Below, piece after piece: positions 43,244 through 55,220 of a DNA stretch of 60,236 nucleotides; position 1 is the first letter of the stretch, and each line of letters begins with the position of its first letter. Under the pieces are notes generated by a model. The model was not told where the DNA came from. It saw only the letters and a list, made by a program, of their open reading frames with translations, and did not search any database. The stretch lies in NCBI RefSeq assembly GCF_028698005.1, contig NZ_JAQVEJ010000001.1:1-60236 (forward strand), given 5' to 3'. The position numbers and the translations under genes are program-made. This stretch comes from Hydrogenophaga sp. GTDB lineage: Bacteria; Pseudomonadota; Gammaproteobacteria; Burkholderiales; Burkholderiaceae_C.

Positions 43244-44260
43244 TCACTTGCCGTGGCTCAGTGCATTGCTCACCAGCTTGGCCGTCACGTCGACAATCTG
43301 GATCATCCGGTCGTAAGGCATGCGCTGCGGGCCGATCACGCCCAGCGTGCCGACCACCTGGCCATCGACTTCGTAAGGCGCGGTGACCACCGACAGGTCC
43401 TCATACGGCACGACCTGGCTCTCGCCGCCGATGTAGATGCGCACGCCATCGGCCTGGGCCGAGACGTCCAGCAGGCGCGCCAGCTGGGTCTTCTGCTCGA
43501 ACAGGTCGAACAACCGGCGCAGGTTGCCCATGTCGCTGGAGAACTCGCTGACCGACAGCAGGTTGCGCTCGCCGGCGACGACGACCTGGTCCTGCTCACG
43601 TGCGGCGTCCACATCGACCGCAGCCTTCATCAGCTCGGCGATTTCGCCGCGCAGGGCCTCCAGCTCGGTCTTGAGCCGCTCGCGCACGGCGTCCATGGTC
43701 AGACCCGCGTAGTGCGTATTGAAGAAGTTGGCGGCCTCCTGCAACTGCGATTGCGTGAACACCGCCTGGGTGTGGATGATGCGGTTCTGCACCTCACCAT
43801 CGGGTGACACCAGGATGACCAGCACCCGGTGCTCGGACAGATTCAGGAATTCGATATGCCGGAACACGGTGGCCATGCGTGGCGCCATCACCACGCCCAC
43901 AAACTGCGACAGACTCGACAGCATCTGCGCCGCATGGCTGATGACGCGCTGCGGCTGCGCCCCCTCCAGGGCCTGCTGGCGACCCAGCCCGCCCATGCCC
44001 GGCAGCTCATCACGCCGCACCGTCAGCATGGTGTCCACAAACAGGCGGTAGCCGCGCGCCGTCGGGATGCGGCCGGCCGAGGTGTGGGGGCTGGCGATCA
44101 GGCCCAGCTCCTCCAGATCGCTCATCACGTTGCGGATGGTGGCCGGCGACAGCTCCAGACCCGTGGCCTTGGCCAGCGTGCGCGAACCCACCGGCTGCCC
44201 GTCGGCAATGTAGCGCTCGACCAGCGCCTTGAGCAGCAACTTGGAACGTTCATCCAGCAT
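43244..44260 (-). CDS. hrcA: Heat-inducible transcription repressor
   Basis: [43 protein letters not shown]. Confidence 0.97.
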   Translation of the reverse strand: MLDERSKLLLKALVERYIADGQPVGSRTLAKATGLELSPATIRNVMSDLEELGLIASPHTSAGRIPTARGYRLFVDTMLTVRRDELPGMGGLGRQQALEGAQPQRVISHAAQMLSSLSQFVGVVMAPRMATVFRHIEFLNLSEHRVLVILVSPDGEVQNRIIHTQAVFTQSQLQEAANFFNTHYAGLTMDAVRERLKTELEALRGEIAELMKAAVDVDAAREQDQVVVAGERNLLSVSEFSSDMGNLRRLFDLFEQKTQLARLLDVSAQADGVRIYIGGESQVVPYEDLSVVTAPYEVDGQVVGTLGVIGPQRMPYDRMIQIVDVTAKLVSNALSHGK

Positions 44261-44358
44261 GATGCGGCCATTGTACGGACGAAGGGCGCCACGTGCCGGC
44301 GCCGCCGTCAAGGGTTTGCCAGGGGAAAGGCAAGGACCCGCTATGCTGTAATCCACGC

Positions 44359-45276
44359 ATGATCCCGACTCCCGTCCAGCGGATGGATACCCCGAAAACA
44401 AAGCGTCCCCTGCACTTCACCCATGTGGCCATCATCGGCAAATACCAGATGCCGGGATCGCGCCATGCCGTTGAGGAGCTCGCGCACTTCCTGCATGACC
44501 AGGGCTGCGATGTCTCGCTTGAAACCGACACCGCCCACAACACCGGGCTGACCCAGTACACCACACTGGATGTGCCTGCCATCGGGCGCGACTGCGATCT
44601 GGCGCTGGTCATCGGCGGCGACGGCACCATGCTGGGCATCGGCCGGCAACTGGCCAGCTATGGCGTACCGCTGATCGGCATCAACCAGGGCCGCCTGGGC
44701 TTCATCACCGACATCCCGTTCGACGACTTTCGCGCACGGCTGCACGCCATGCTGCACGGTGCCTTCGAGGAAGAGGCACGAACCCTGATCGCGGCCAGCG
44801 TGTGGCGCGACGGGCGCTGCGTGTTCGAGGCCACCGCCCTCAACGACGTGGTGGTCAACCGCGGCGGTGCCGCCAGCATGATCGAGCTGCGTGTCGAGGT
44901 CGATGGCCATTTCGTGGCCAACCAGCGTGCCGACGGCCTGATCATCGCCACCCCCACGGGCTCGACCGCCTACGCCCTGTCGGCCGGCGGCCCCATGCTG
45001 CACCCGGCGATCGATGGCTGGGTGATGGTGCCGATCGCGCCACACACGCTGTCCAACCGGCCGGTGGTGCTGTCCTCGCGCAGCGAGATCGCGGTCGAGA
45101 TCGTCTCCGGCAAGGATGCCAACGCCAACTTCGACATGCAGTCGCTGACCAGCCTGTTGCATGGCGACCGCGTCGTGGTACGGCGCTCGCCCCATGCGCT
45201 GCGTCTGCTGCACCCGGTGGGCTGGAGCTATTTCGACACCCTGCGCATGAAACTGCACTGGAACGAAGGGGCCTGA
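44359..45276 (+). CDS. nadK: NAD kinase
   Basis: [33 protein letters not shown]; start could instead be 44383. Confidence 0.95.
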   Translation: MIPTPVQRMDTPKTKRPLHFTHVAIIGKYQMPGSRHAVEELAHFLHDQGCDVSLETDTAHNTGLTQYTTLDVPAIGRDCDLALVIGGDGTMLGIGRQLASYGVPLIGINQGRLGFITDIPFDDFRARLHAMLHGAFEEEARTLIAASVWRDGRCVFEATALNDVVVNRGGAASMIELRVEVDGHFVANQRADGLIIATPTGSTAYALSAGGPMLHPAIDGWVMVPIAPHTLSNRPVVLSSRSEIAVEIVSGKDANANFDMQSLTSLLHGDRVVVRRSPHALRLLHPVGWSYFDTLRMKLHWNEGA

Positions 45277-45333
45277 ATTCCGGGCCACAATACGCGGCAT
45301 CTGCATTGCTTTGCCGAGACACGCCGCACCGCC

Positions 45334-46977
45334 ATGAGCCTTCGCCGCATCGCCCTGCGCGACTTCGTGATCGTTCCCGAGCTGGAGCTCGACATCGAGC
45401 CGGGTTTCAGCGTGCTCACCGGTGAAACCGGTGCCGGCAAGTCGATCCTGATCGACGCCCTGCAGCTCGTGCTGGGCGCGCGTGCCGACACCGGCGTGGT
45501 GCGCGAGGGCGCCGGCCGCTGCGAGATCAGCGCCGAGTTCGACACGCCCGCCGGCCTGCGAGCGTGGCTCGATGAACAGGGTTTCGAGGCGGACGACGCG
45601 CTGCTGCTGCGCCGCACGGTGGACGCCGAGGGCCGCAGCCGCGGCTGGATCAACGGCAGTGCCGCCACCATGGCGCAGCTCAAGGCCGCCGCCGACCATC
45701 TGGTGGACATCCACGGCCAGCACGCCTGGCAGAGCCTCACCCGCCCCGAGGCGGTGCGGCAGTTGCTCGACGCCTACGCCGGCGTGGACACTTCCCGGGC
45801 CACGCAACTGTGGTCGGCCTGGCGCCAGCAGCGCCGCAGGCTGGAAGAGGCCCGCGAACGCCAGGACAGCCTGCAGCAGGAAAGCGAACGTCTGGCCTGG
45901 CAGATCGGCGAGCTCGACAAGCTGGCCCCCGGTGCGGACGAGTGGGAGGAACTGAACACCCGGCACAGCCGCCTGGCCCATGCGCAGGCGCTGCAGGACG
46001 CCGCGCAGCAGGCCATCGCCCTGCTCGACGAGGCAGACGACAACGCCGCCGGCCTGATCCACCGGGCCCTGCAGGGCCTGCAGGCGCAGGCCGCCATCGA
46101 GCCCGCCTTTGCCGCCCCCATCGAGGCGCTGGAAGGCGCGCTGGCACAGGTGCAGGACACGGTGCACAGCCTGCACCAGTACGGCCGCCGCGGCGACCTC
46201 GACCCGTCCGACCTCGCCGCACTGGACGAGCGGCTGTCACTGTGGCTGTCGCTGGCCCGGCGCTTCCGTCGCGCGCCGGAAGAGTTGCCAGGCTTGCTGG
46301 AGCAATGGAAGACCGAACTCGCCCGGCTTGACCAGGCACTCGACATCGACAGCCTGCAGGCCGCCGAGCGGCAGGCCTGGAAACAGTTCGATGCCGAATC
46401 CAGGCGCCTGGGCAAACAGCGCGCCGAGGCCGCCCCGCGCCTGGCCAGGGCCGTCACCGGGGCCATGCAGGAGTTGGGCATGCAGGGTGGCCGCTTCGAA
46501 ATTGCGCTGCAGCGGCTCGACGAACCCCAGGCCCATGGCTGGGAACAGGTGGAATTTCTCGTCGCCGGCCATGCCGGCGTCACCCCGCGTCCGGTTGGCA
46601 AGGTGGCCTCGGGTGGCGAGCTCTCGCGCATCGCGCTGGCCCTGTCCGTGGTCACGAGCGAGCTGGGCCAGGCCCCGACGCTGATCTTCGACGAGGTCGA
46701 CTCCGGCATCGGCGGCGCCGTGGCCCATACCGTGGGCCGGCTGCTGCAGCGCCTGGGGCGCGATCGCCAGGTGCTGGCGGTCACCCACCTGGCGCAAGTG
46801 GCTGCCTGTGCCAACCACCACCTGCTGGTCAGCAAGCGCCAGCAGGGCCAGCAGACCGAAAGCGGCGTGCGCCGCATCGACGACGAGCACCGTGTGAAGG
46901 AACTCGCCCGCATGCTGGGCGGCAGCGAGCAGTCGGCCGCATCGCTGGCGCATGCGCGCGAGTTGCTGGGAGCCTGA
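45334..46977 (+). CDS. recN: DNA repair protein RecN
   Basis: [39 protein letters not shown]. Confidence 0.97.
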   Translation: MSLRRIALRDFVIVPELELDIEPGFSVLTGETGAGKSILIDALQLVLGARADTGVVREGAGRCEISAEFDTPAGLRAWLDEQGFEADDALLLRRTVDAEGRSRGWINGSAATMAQLKAAADHLVDIHGQHAWQSLTRPEAVRQLLDAYAGVDTSRATQLWSAWRQQRRRLEEARERQDSLQQESERLAWQIGELDKLAPGADEWEELNTRHSRLAHAQALQDAAQQAIALLDEADDNAAGLIHRALQGLQAQAAIEPAFAAPIEALEGALAQVQDTVHSLHQYGRRGDLDPSDLAALDERLSLWLSLARRFRRAPEELPGLLEQWKTELARLDQALDIDSLQAAERQAWKQFDAESRRLGKQRAEAAPRLARAVTGAMQELGMQGGRFEIALQRLDEPQAHGWEQVEFLVAGHAGVTPRPVGKVASGGELSRIALALSVVTSELGQAPTLIFDEVDSGIGGAVAHTVGRLLQRLGRDRQVLAVTHLAQVAACANHHLLVSKRQQGQQTESGVRRIDDEHRVKELARMLGGSEQSAASLAHARELLGA

Positions 46978-46978
46978 A

Positions 46979-47941
46979 ATGCCGAACGACAGAGACACCC
47001 TGCCAGCCATCGAGCTGGTTCTCATCACCGGCATGTCCGGCTCGGGCAAGTCGGTGGCGATCACGGCGCTGGAGGACCTGGGCTACTACTGCGTGGACAA
47101 CCTGCCGCCCGAGTTGCTGGACAGCTTCATCTCGCTGGAGCAAAGCCACCGCGCCGAGAGGGTCGCCATCGCCATGGACGTGCGCAGTGCACCATCCCTG
47201 CCCGGACTGCCCGCCAGACTCGCGGCGCTGCAGCAGCACCCGACGCGGCGTGTGCACCTGACCACACTGTTCCTCGACGCGTCCACCGACACCCTGGTGC
47301 GGCGTTTTTCGGAAACCCGCCGGCGCCACCCGCTGTCGCTCAAATCGTCCGACGATCAGCGACGCGCCCTGACCGACGCCATCGAGCATGAGCGCGAGTT
47401 GCTGGCCGAGCTGCGCGACCACGCCCTGGTGCTCGACACCAGCCTGATCCGCCCGGCGCAACTGCGCCGCCAGCTCAAGGAAATGCTGGGCGACACGCAG
47501 TCGCCGCTGACCCTGGTGTTCGAGTCCTTCGCATTCAAGCGCGGCATCCCGACCGACGCCGATTTCGTCTTCGATGTGCGCATGCTGCCCAATCCGCACT
47601 ACGACCCGCAATTGCGCCCGCTGACCGGGCGCGACGCACCGGTGGCCGAGTTCCTCGCCACCCAGCCGGAGGTCGGCCAGATGATCGGACACATCGACGC
47701 CTTCCTGCGCCACTGGCTGCCCCTGATGCTCGAGGACCACCGCAGCTACGCCACCGTGGCCATCGGCTGCACGGGTGGACAACACCGCTCCGTCTACATC
47801 GCCGAGGAATTGGCCAAGGCATTCGCCACTGACTGGAAGGCCCGCATCCGCCACCGCGAGGCCGACGGCTGGCCCACGCCGCCCGCGCGCCCGGTGGCAT
47901 CGGACGGTCAGGACCGGGCCGGACCGGAAGGCACGCCCTGA
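46979..47941 (+). CDS. rapZ: RNase adapter RapZ
   Basis: [45 protein letters not shown]. Confidence 0.95.
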   Translation: MPNDRDTLPAIELVLITGMSGSGKSVAITALEDLGYYCVDNLPPELLDSFISLEQSHRAERVAIAMDVRSAPSLPGLPARLAALQQHPTRRVHLTTLFLDASTDTLVRRFSETRRRHPLSLKSSDDQRRALTDAIEHERELLAELRDHALVLDTSLIRPAQLRRQLKEMLGDTQSPLTLVFESFAFKRGIPTDADFVFDVRMLPNPHYDPQLRPLTGRDAPVAEFLATQPEVGQMIGHIDAFLRHWLPLMLEDHRSYATVAIGCTGGQHRSVYIAEELAKAFATDWKARIRHREADGWPTPPARPVASDGQDRAGPEGTP

Positions 47942-47990
47942 GGCACAGGCGCCGGGGCCCCTGGAACCACCGCCAGGCCCGCCCCGGGCG

Positions 47991-49079
47991 TCAACGCAGC
48001 GCGGCCAGCAACTGGCGCACCGGGGCCGGCAGGCCCATGTCGCCCATGCCGGACAACGCATGCCAGGCACCGTCGGCAGCCGGCGCGGCGCCGGTCATGG
48101 GCAACTCCACCAGCAGGGGATGCAAACGCAACTCCCGGTGCGTCAGCGCGTGCGCAATGGCTGGCATCTCGCGCACGGCGGTACCACCGCCCGGCACGAC
48201 GGCCCGGGCCGCCGCCTCGCTGGCCGCCACCGGCACGCACTGCAGGCCGGCCCAGATGCCCGGCGCCGGCCGTCGCTGCAGCCACACCTGCCGTTGCGAG
48301 CCAACGCCGCGCAGCATCACGGCCAGCCACCAGCTTTCATGGCGGCGCACCAGGCGCCGGCTTTTGACGGGGTAGCGCAGCGGGTCCCCGTCGGCACGCG
48401 CCCGACACACCTGGCCGACCGGACAAGGTTCGCAGGCCGGCCGGCTGCGCGTGCAGACCGTTGCCCCCAGGTCCATCAATCCCTGGGTATAGGCCTGCAT
48501 GTCGGAGTGGGACGGCGCCACGGGCAGCAGGGCCTGAGCCAGTGCCCACAGGCGCTTCTGCGGTCCGGTCTGGGCCAGGTCCTCGTCGAAGGCGAGCAGG
48601 CGCGAGAGCACCCGCCGCACGTTGCCATCGACGATCGACACCCGCTGGCCATGGCAGAAAGCGGCGATCGCAGCCGCCGTCGAGGCACCGATACCGGGCA
48701 GCGTCGCCAGATCGTCGGCACGATCGGGAAAGCGTCCGCCATGCTCGCGCACCACCACCTGCGCGCAGCGGTGCATGTTGCGGGCACGGCTGTAGTAGCC
48801 CAGCCCGCTCCACAGCGCCATCACCTCGTCCTCACCCGCCCCGGCCAGCGCACGCACGTCCGGGAAGCGCTCCAGGAAGCGCGGGTAGTAGGCCAGCACC
48901 GTCGCCACCTGGGTCTGCTGCAACATGATTTCGGACAGCCAGACCCGATAGGGATCGCGCGTGGCCTGCCAGGGCAGACCGTGCCGGCCACTGTGCCGCT
49001 GCCAGGCGATCAGGGCTGGCGCAAAGCTCTGGCGAATGGCATCGGGAATCGCCGCGCCATCGTCTGCCGGCGGCTTCAT
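47991..49079 (-). CDS. mutY: A/G-specific adenine glycosylase
   Basis: WLSEIMLQQTQV, GLGYYSRARN, LPGIG, DGNVRR, Cx6Cx2Cx5C cluster motif. Confidence 0.96.
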   Translation of the reverse strand: MKPPADDGAAIPDAIRQSFAPALIAWQRHSGRHGLPWQATRDPYRVWLSEIMLQQTQVATVLAYYPRFLERFPDVRALAGAGEDEVMALWSGLGYYSRARNMHRCAQVVVREHGGRFPDRADDLATLPGIGASTAAAIAAFCHGQRVSIVDGNVRRVLSRLLAFDEDLAQTGPQKRLWALAQALLPVAPSHSDMQAYTQGLMDLGATVCTRSRPACEPCPVGQVCRARADGDPLRYPVKSRRLVRRHESWWLAVMLRGVGSQRQVWLQRRPAPGIWAGLQCVPVAASEAAARAVVPGGGTAVREMPAIAHALTHRELRLHPLLVELPMTGAAPAADGAWHALSGMGDMGLPAPVRQLLAALR

Positions 49080-51019
49080 GCCACCCGCGCCACGGGCGCG
49101 GCACCGTCCTGCGCGGCCATCAGCACCGCGGTCAGCTCGTCAAGCTTGCTGTCCAGCACCTGCAGTTGCGCCTGCTGCGCCTGCAGCTCGCGAATGCGCT
49201 CGTCCAGGCCGCCCGCGGCCTGCTGGATACGGGACACCGCCTCGATGCGCCGCGAGAAATTGCGCCGCCGCTCGCGCAACTGGGCATCCAGTTGCGAGGC
49301 CGCCGATTTGTTCCACAGTTCCACGTCGTTGACGGCCGCATCGTAGATCACCCGCAGGCGGCTCATCAGCGCGCGCGACAGGCGTTCACCAAACTCGGGT
49401 TGCGCCAGACGCAGCGCGTTGCCCAGGCTGAGGTACTGCAGGTGGCTTTTCTCGACCTGCTGCAGGTCCGTCATGTAGCGCTCGAGCTGGGGCGCCGCCG
49501 GCGCCTGCAACGAAAAGCCGTATTCCGCGTTGAGGCCACGAAAACTGCCCTCGAGCATCGACTGGATCTCGCCGATCAGCTGGCGCGCGCTGTCCAGATC
49601 GGCGCGCAGGCGCCCGAAGGTGTCATCGTAGACGCGCCGCACACCCAGCTTGATGCCCGGCTGCCTGAGCGCCTTGGCCATCGCCGAGGCTTCCTTTTTC
49701 AGGTGCGAACTGCTCAGCAGCGCGAACAACTCGCGCAGCAGGCGCAGGTGCACCGACCGTACCGCCTGGATGCGGGCGCCGCTGGCATCGAAGTCGGCCT
49801 GTTCCTGCTCGATGCGCAGACGCATCTGTTTGATCGTGCTGCTGTTCTTGCCACGCAGGCCTTCGAGTTCCTGGATCTGTTCGAGGATGTCGCGATGGCG
49901 GGTATGCACCAGACGGCGGCTGTCCGCCCGCAGGGCCTCGATACCGTTGGCCACCGCAGCCTGCAGAATGCTGCGGCGCTGCCCCAGCAGGCCGGCCCCC
50001 AGGGCGGCCTCCAGCTCGGGCAGGCGGCTGGCCTGCAGCAGCGCCTCATCCCGGTTGACCTTGGCCAGCAGGCCTTTTTGCGCCGACACCGCCAGCACCT
50101 GCGACGGCGGGATGCCCAGCACCTCGGCCGAGTCGGTGCGCTGGGCCGCGATCTGCAGCTGCACCTGCTCGGGCGAGCTGAGTTCGTCCCACATCGTGTC
50201 AATCTTGTTGAGCACCACCAGGCGCGATTCGGGCGCATGGCCCAGGGCGTTCAGATGCTGGCGCCAGATCGTCAGGTCGGACTTGGTCACGCCGGTGTCG
50301 GCGGCCAGGATGAACACCACGGCATGCGCCTGCGGCAGCAGACTGACCGTCAGCTCGGGCTCGGCACCGATGGCGTTGAGCCCCGGCGTGTCCAGGATCA
50401 CCAGGCCCTGCTTGAGCAGCGGATGGGCCATGTTGATCAGCGCATGACGCCACTTGGGCACCTCCACCAGGCCATCGGCCCCGGGAATCGGGTTGTCGTC
50501 GGGCAGCTCGTCGCTCCAGAAGCCCAGCGCCCGCGCCTCGTCCTGACTGACGCGCCGGACCTCGGACACTTTCTGGATCGCCCTGGCCAGTTGCCTGGGA
50601 TCGTTGACGTCCAGATCGACACGCTCCCACTTGTCCGGTGCGTTGCGCCACTCCAGCAGCGACTGCGGCTGCAGGCGGGTTTCGATCGGCAGCAGGCGGA
50701 TGCATGGCGGCACCTCGGCGTCGTAGCCCAGTTCGGTCGGGCACATGGTGGTCCGCCCGGCGCTGGCCGGCATGATGCGCCGGCCGTAGCCGGCGAAGAA
50801 CATCGCGTTGATCAGCTCGGATTTGCCACGCGAAAACTCGGCCACGAAGGCCACCATGATCCTGTCTTCCTTGACCTGCGCATGCAACTGGTCCAGGCGC
50901 TCGCGGATGCCGGGTCCCATCAGGTCGTGGTCGCTGAGCCATTCGCCCAGCAGCTTGAGCCGCAAGGCGAACTGCCTGCGCCAGGCGCCGTGTTCATCCA
51001 GTTCCTGATTGAATGTCAT
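49076..51019 (-). CDS. Bacterial dynamin-like GTPase
   Basis: G1 AEFSRGKS, G2 GRTT, G3 DTPG, G4 NKID; long helical/coiled-coil C-terminus. Confidence 0.8.
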   Translation of the reverse strand: MTFNQELDEHGAWRRQFALRLKLLGEWLSDHDLMGPGIRERLDQLHAQVKEDRIMVAFVAEFSRGKSELINAMFFAGYGRRIMPASAGRTTMCPTELGYDAEVPPCIRLLPIETRLQPQSLLEWRNAPDKWERVDLDVNDPRQLARAIQKVSEVRRVSQDEARALGFWSDELPDDNPIPGADGLVEVPKWRHALINMAHPLLKQGLVILDTPGLNAIGAEPELTVSLLPQAHAVVFILAADTGVTKSDLTIWRQHLNALGHAPESRLVVLNKIDTMWDELSSPEQVQLQIAAQRTDSAEVLGIPPSQVLAVSAQKGLLAKVNRDEALLQASRLPELEAALGAGLLGQRRSILQAAVANGIEALRADSRRLVHTRHRDILEQIQELEGLRGKNSSTIKQMRLRIEQEQADFDASGARIQAVRSVHLRLLRELFALLSSSHLKKEASAMAKALRQPGIKLGVRRVYDDTFGRLRADLDSARQLIGEIQSMLEGSFRGLNAEYGFSLQAPAAPQLERYMTDLQQVEKSHLQYLSLGNALRLAQPEFGERLSRALMSRLRVIYDAAVNDVELWNKSAASQLDAQLRERRRNFSRRIEAVSRIQQAAGGLDERIRELQAQQAQLQVLDSKLDELTAVLMAAQDGAAPVARVA

Positions 51020-51096
51020 GGGTACTTTCCTGTTCAAGCCAATATAGCATCGCGGGCCGTCCGTTCTGCCTCTGCCGGCCTCCGCCGGCGCCTGGA

Positions 51097-51912
51097 TCAG
51101 GGCTTCTGGCACACCGGGCACCAGAAGGTGGAGCGTTGCCCCTGGCGCAGCATGCGCACCGGCGTTGCGCACACCCGGCAGGGCTGGCCGGCGCGGCCGT
51201 ACACCATGGCATCAAGCTGGAAGTAGCCGTTCTGCCCCTGTGCGCTGCTGAAATCGCGCAGCGTGCTGCCGCCCAGAGCCAGCGCCCGGCCGAGCACCGT
51301 CACGATGGCCTGGTGCAGGCGGCGCGCACGCGGGCGGCTGATGCGGTCGGCACGGGTCGTGGGCCGGATGCCGGCGGCAAACAGCGCCTCGCTGGCGTAG
51401 ATGTTGCCCACCCCGACCACCACATCGCCCGCCAGCAGCACCTGTTTGATCGGCGCGCGGCGCTTTTGCAGTGCGCCATGGAAGGCCAGCGGATCGAAGC
51501 CTGGCCCGAACGGCTCGACGCCCAGGCCGCCGAGCAGCTTGCGCGCCGCGGGATCGTCCTCGCTGTCGGCGTAGACCAGCGCCCCAAAGCGCCGCGGATC
51601 GTGCAGGCGCAGGATGCCGCGACTGGTCTTCATGTCCACATGATCATGCACCCCGGCCGGCGGCAGCTCTGGCGCGAAACGGATACTGCCCGACATGCCC
51701 AGGTGCAGCAACAGCAGTCCCTCGTCGAGCCGCAGCAGCAGGTACTTGCCACGCCGGTCCACCGACCGCACCGTGCGTCCCACCAGGTCGGCCGGCTCGC
51801 ACCCCAGCGGCCAGCGCAGGGGCTTGCCCAGGCGCACGGCATCGATGCGACCGCCCGCGATGCGGTCGGCAAAACTCAGACGTGTGACCTCGACCTCGGG
51901 CAACTCGGGCAT
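51097..51912 (-). CDS. mutM: Formamidopyrimidine-DNA glycosylase
   Basis: [30 protein letters not shown]-terminal zinc finger. Confidence 0.97.
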   Translation of the reverse strand: MPELPEVEVTRLSFADRIAGGRIDAVRLGKPLRWPLGCEPADLVGRTVRSVDRRGKYLLLRLDEGLLLLHLGMSGSIRFAPELPPAGVHDHVDMKTSRGILRLHDPRRFGALVYADSEDDPAARKLLGGLGVEPFGPGFDPLAFHGALQKRRAPIKQVLLAGDVVVGVGNIYASEALFAAGIRPTTRADRISRPRARRLHQAIVTVLGRALALGGSTLRDFSSAQGQNGYFQLDAMVYGRAGQPCRVCATPVRMLRQGQRSTFWCPVCQKP

Positions 51913-52006
51913 GGGATACGACAGGATGATGGGAACGTCCGGGCGTGACGGGCATCAGAACCTTGAGCCGCCGGTCACCCGGCCAGGTGGCTATAGTAGC
52001 AACGCT

Positions 52007-53800
52007 ATGGACCTCACCACCCCACACCTGCCCGGCCGCACCCGCCCGGCACGCCGCCTGGCAGGCCTGATCACCGCCCCTTTGCTGCTGACGGCCTCGC
52101 TGGCCCTGGCCCAGCCGGACAGCCGTGGCGGCGCGGGCCCGGCCGCCGGGGAGCCCGTGCGCAACTCCCGGCTCACGGCCCCCCTGTTCTACCAGTTGCT
52201 GCTGGGTGAGCTGAGCCTGGGCGCCGGCGACGCAGGTGCGGGCTACGCCATGTTCCTGGAGGCCGCCCAGCGCGAGCATGACCCCATGCTGTACCAGCGT
52301 GCGATCGAGATCGCCCTGCAGGGGCGCGCGGGCGATTCGGCCCTGATCGCGGCCAGGGCCTGGGCCCGGGACATGCCCGAGTCCGTCGAGGCCGCCCGAT
52401 TCGTGCTGCAGATCCAGTTGCTGCTCGACCGTCCGGGCGACTCCGCGGCCGTGCTGCGCACCATCGTCACCCGCACCCCCGACAGCGAGCGGGTCGACAT
52501 GATCAACGCGATTCCCCAGGCCTATGCCCGCGTCAGCAACAAGGCCCTGGCGCTGCAGGAGGTCCGCAAAGCCCTGGCGGACGAACTCACGCGCAGCGAC
52601 ACCGGCCCAGCCGCCTGGACCTCCATCGGTCGGCTGGAACTGGCGGGCAACCGTATCCCCTCCGCACTCGAGGCGGCGAACCGGGGCATGCAACTCGACC
52701 CGGCATCGCCCTACCCGGCTCTGCTGGCCGTGGAACTGATGGAACACGGCCAGACCCAGGCCGAGACCCTCGTGCACCGTCACCTGGCGGCGCTGGAGCC
52801 AGCGGCCCGCTCGCCGGTACGCCTGGCCTATGCACGTCTGCTGCTGGACCTGCAACGCCATGGCGAGGCGCGCGCGCTGCTCCACCAGATCATGGCCCTG
52901 GACCCGTCGCTGGCCGAGCCCTGGCTGCTGCTGGGTTCACTGCAACTGCAGGACAACGCCGATGCCGAGGCCGGGCGCTCGCTGGAGCGCTACCTGCAAC
53001 TGGCCCGGCCGGCACCCCGCGGCGCGAACGACACCGGCCTCACGCAGGCGTATCTCATGATGGCCCAGCTCGCCGAACGGCGCGCCGACTACCCGTCGGC
53101 CCATGCCTGGCTCGACCGCATCGAGAACAGCACCGACATCATGGCCGTCCAGATGCGCCGTGCCTCCATGCTGGCGCGCCAGGGTCGCATGGATGACGCA
53201 CGTGCCCTGCTGCGCGCCTTCCCGGAAAGCCGCCCCGAGATCGGCCGGCTCAAGCTGGTGGCCGAGGCGCGGCTGCTGCGCGATTTCAAGGCCTGGGAGC
53301 AGGCCTACGAGGTCTTCGGGCAGGCCGTCGAGCGCTTCCCCGACGACACCGACCTGCTCTACGACCAGGCCATGATGGCCGAGAAGGCCGACCGTTTCGA
53401 TGCAATGGAACGTCTGCTGCGCCAGCTCATCGAGCTCGACCCCGAGCACCACCACGCCTACAACGCGCTGGGCTACGCCCTGGCCGACCGCAACATCCGT
53501 CTGGCCGAAGCGCGCCAGCTCATCGAGAAGGCCGTGTCCCTGGCACCGCAGGACGCCTACATCCAGGACAGCCTGGCCTGGGTCGAGTTCCGTCAGGGCA
53601 ACGTGCCGCGGGCGCTCGACATCCTGCAGGCCGCCTACGCCCGGCAGCCGGACCCCGAGATCGCGGCCCACCTGGGTGAGATCCTCTGGGTATCGGGCAG
53701 ACGCGACGACGCCATCCGCATCTGGAAGGAAGGCCTGACCCTGGCCAGCGACAACGAGACGCTGCAGGCAACCCTGCGCCGCCTCAAGGTACAGCCATGA
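52007..53800 (+). CDS. TPR-repeat periplasmic protein
   Basis: Signal-like N-terminus; HAYNALGYALAD, AYIQDSLAWV, EIAAHLGE; conserved position upstream of lolB. Confidence 0.88.
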   Translation: MDLTTPHLPGRTRPARRLAGLITAPLLLTASLALAQPDSRGGAGPAAGEPVRNSRLTAPLFYQLLLGELSLGAGDAGAGYAMFLEAAQREHDPMLYQRAIEIALQGRAGDSALIAARAWARDMPESVEAARFVLQIQLLLDRPGDSAAVLRTIVTRTPDSERVDMINAIPQAYARVSNKALALQEVRKALADELTRSDTGPAAWTSIGRLELAGNRIPSALEAANRGMQLDPASPYPALLAVELMEHGQTQAETLVHRHLAALEPAARSPVRLAYARLLLDLQRHGEARALLHQIMALDPSLAEPWLLLGSLQLQDNADAEAGRSLERYLQLARPAPRGANDTGLTQAYLMMAQLAERRADYPSAHAWLDRIENSTDIMAVQMRRASMLARQGRMDDARALLRAFPESRPEIGRLKLVAEARLLRDFKAWEQAYEVFGQAVERFPDDTDLLYDQAMMAEKADRFDAMERLLRQLIELDPEHHHAYNALGYALADRNIRLAEARQLIEKAVSLAPQDAYIQDSLAWVEFRQGNVPRALDILQAAYARQPDPEIAAHLGEILWVSGRRDDAIRIWKEGLTLASDNETLQATLRRLKVQP

Positions 53801-54321
53801 TGCCCCGCCTTCAACGCCCGCGCCGACCCGCCCGGCGCGCCTGGCTGTGCGGCACCGGTGTGGTGGCGATGCTGGTGCTGGCCGGCTGCGCCACACCGGC
53901 CGCGCCGCTGCACATGGGTGCCGAGCGCACCGAATGGAACGGCCGTCTGGGCCTGACGGTGGACAGCGAACCACCCCAGGCCTTCCAGGCCGCTTTCGAG
54001 CTGCGCGGCAACCCGACCCGGGGCGAACTGGTGCTGAGCACGCCACTGGGTACCCGGCTGGCCAGCGTGCGCTGGCAGCCCGAAGGCGCCGAACTCCGGC
54101 AGGGCAACGACCTCAGCCGGCACGAGAGCGTGGAGGCGCTGACCGCGCAAATCAGCGGCGCTCCGCTGCCGGTGACGGCGCTGTTCGACTGGCTGCAGGG
54201 CCGCCAGGCCGACGTGGCAGGCTGGCAGGCCGATCTCGCCCGCCAGCCCGAAGGGCGCATCAGCGCGCAACGCACACACCCGGCCCCCGAGGCGACCCTG
54301 CGCATCGTGCTCGATCCATGA
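53797..54321 (+). CDS. lolB: Outer-membrane lipoprotein insertion protein LolB
   Basis: Lipobox LAGC; GRLGL, LSTPLG, LPV..LFDWL.G; upstream of ispE. Confidence 0.85.
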   Translation: MMPRLQRPRRPARRAWLCGTGVVAMLVLAGCATPAAPLHMGAERTEWNGRLGLTVDSEPPQAFQAAFELRGNPTRGELVLSTPLGTRLASVRWQPEGAELRQGNDLSRHESVEALTAQISGAPLPVTALFDWLQGRQADVAGWQADLARQPEGRISAQRTHPAPEATLRIVLDP

Positions 54322-55220
54322 CACCACCCGACCATCCCGTGCGCGAGCTGACCGGCCTGCCGGCGCCCGCCAAGCTCAACCTGTTCCTGCACATCACCGG
54401 TCGCCGCGCCGACGGCTACCACCTGCTGCAGTCCGTCTTCATGCTGGTGGACTGGCAGGACACCATCGACCTCGTGCTGCGCGAGGATGGTCAGCTTTCG
54501 CGCGAAGACAGCGGCACCCGCCTGGCACTGCCCGACAACGACCTGTGCGTGCGGGCCGCCGATGCGCTGCGGCAGGCCACGGGCTGCACGCTCGGCGCCC
54601 ACATCCGGCTGCACAAGCAGATCCCGGCGGAAGCGGGCATGGGCGGCGGCTCGTCCGATGCCGCCACCTGCCTGATCGGCCTGAACCGCCTCTGGCACCT
54701 GGGCCTGGCGCGCGCCGAGCTTGCGCGCATCGGGCTGGCGCTGGGCGCCGATGTGCCTTTCTTCATCGGCGGACACAACGCCTGGGTCGAGGGTGTGGGC
54801 GAGCAACTCACGCCCGTGCACCTGCCACGCCGCCGTTTCGTGGTGGTCAAACCCCCCACCGGCGCATCGACGCCGAAAATTTTTGCATCGCCTGCTTTGA
54901 AACGCGACACAAAAACTGCTACAATGCAAGGCTTCGCTGCTGACGAAAACGCTGAGGCGATGCTGGATATGGAAAAGCTTTTTGCCCATACCCGCAACGA
55001 TCTTCAGCCGGTGGCACAGGGCCTTTGCCCGGACATTGAGCGCTGCATCCTGTGGCTTTTCAGCCAGGGTCTGCAGGGCCGGATGACCGGATCAGGAAGC
55101 GCGGTGTTTGCACCGCTGCCAGACGCATTCGATGCACTGGCGCCGCTTCCCGAAGGCTGGGTGGCACGTATCTGCAGCAGCTTGGATGCTCATCCGCTGA
55201 CCGACTGGATCTCAGGTTAA
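54318..55220 (+). CDS. ispE: 4-diphosphocytidyl-2-C-methyl-D-erythritol kinase
   Basis: PAPAKLNLFLH, GYHLLQS, GMGGGSSDAA, GADVPFF, MTGSGS. Confidence 0.96.
   Translation: MTPPDHPVRELTGLPAPAKLNLFLHITGRRADGYHLLQSVFMLVDWQDTIDLVLREDGQLSREDSGTRLALPDNDLCVRAADALRQATGCTLGAHIRLHKQIPAEAGMGGGSSDAATCLIGLNRLWHLGLARAELARIGLALGADVPFFIGGHNAWVEGVGEQLTPVHLPRRRFVVVKPPTGASTPKIFASPALKRDTKTATMQGFAADENAEAMLDMEKLFAHTRNDLQPVAQGLCPDIERCILWLFSQGLQGRMTGSGSAVFAPLPDAFDALAPLPEGWVARICSSLDAHPLTDWISG
54897..54925 (+). promoter_or_regulatory. Sigma70 promoter internal to ispE (probably for tRNA-Gln/prs)
   Basis: TTGAAA-17 nt-TACAAT in an AT-rich patch. Confidence 0.7.
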
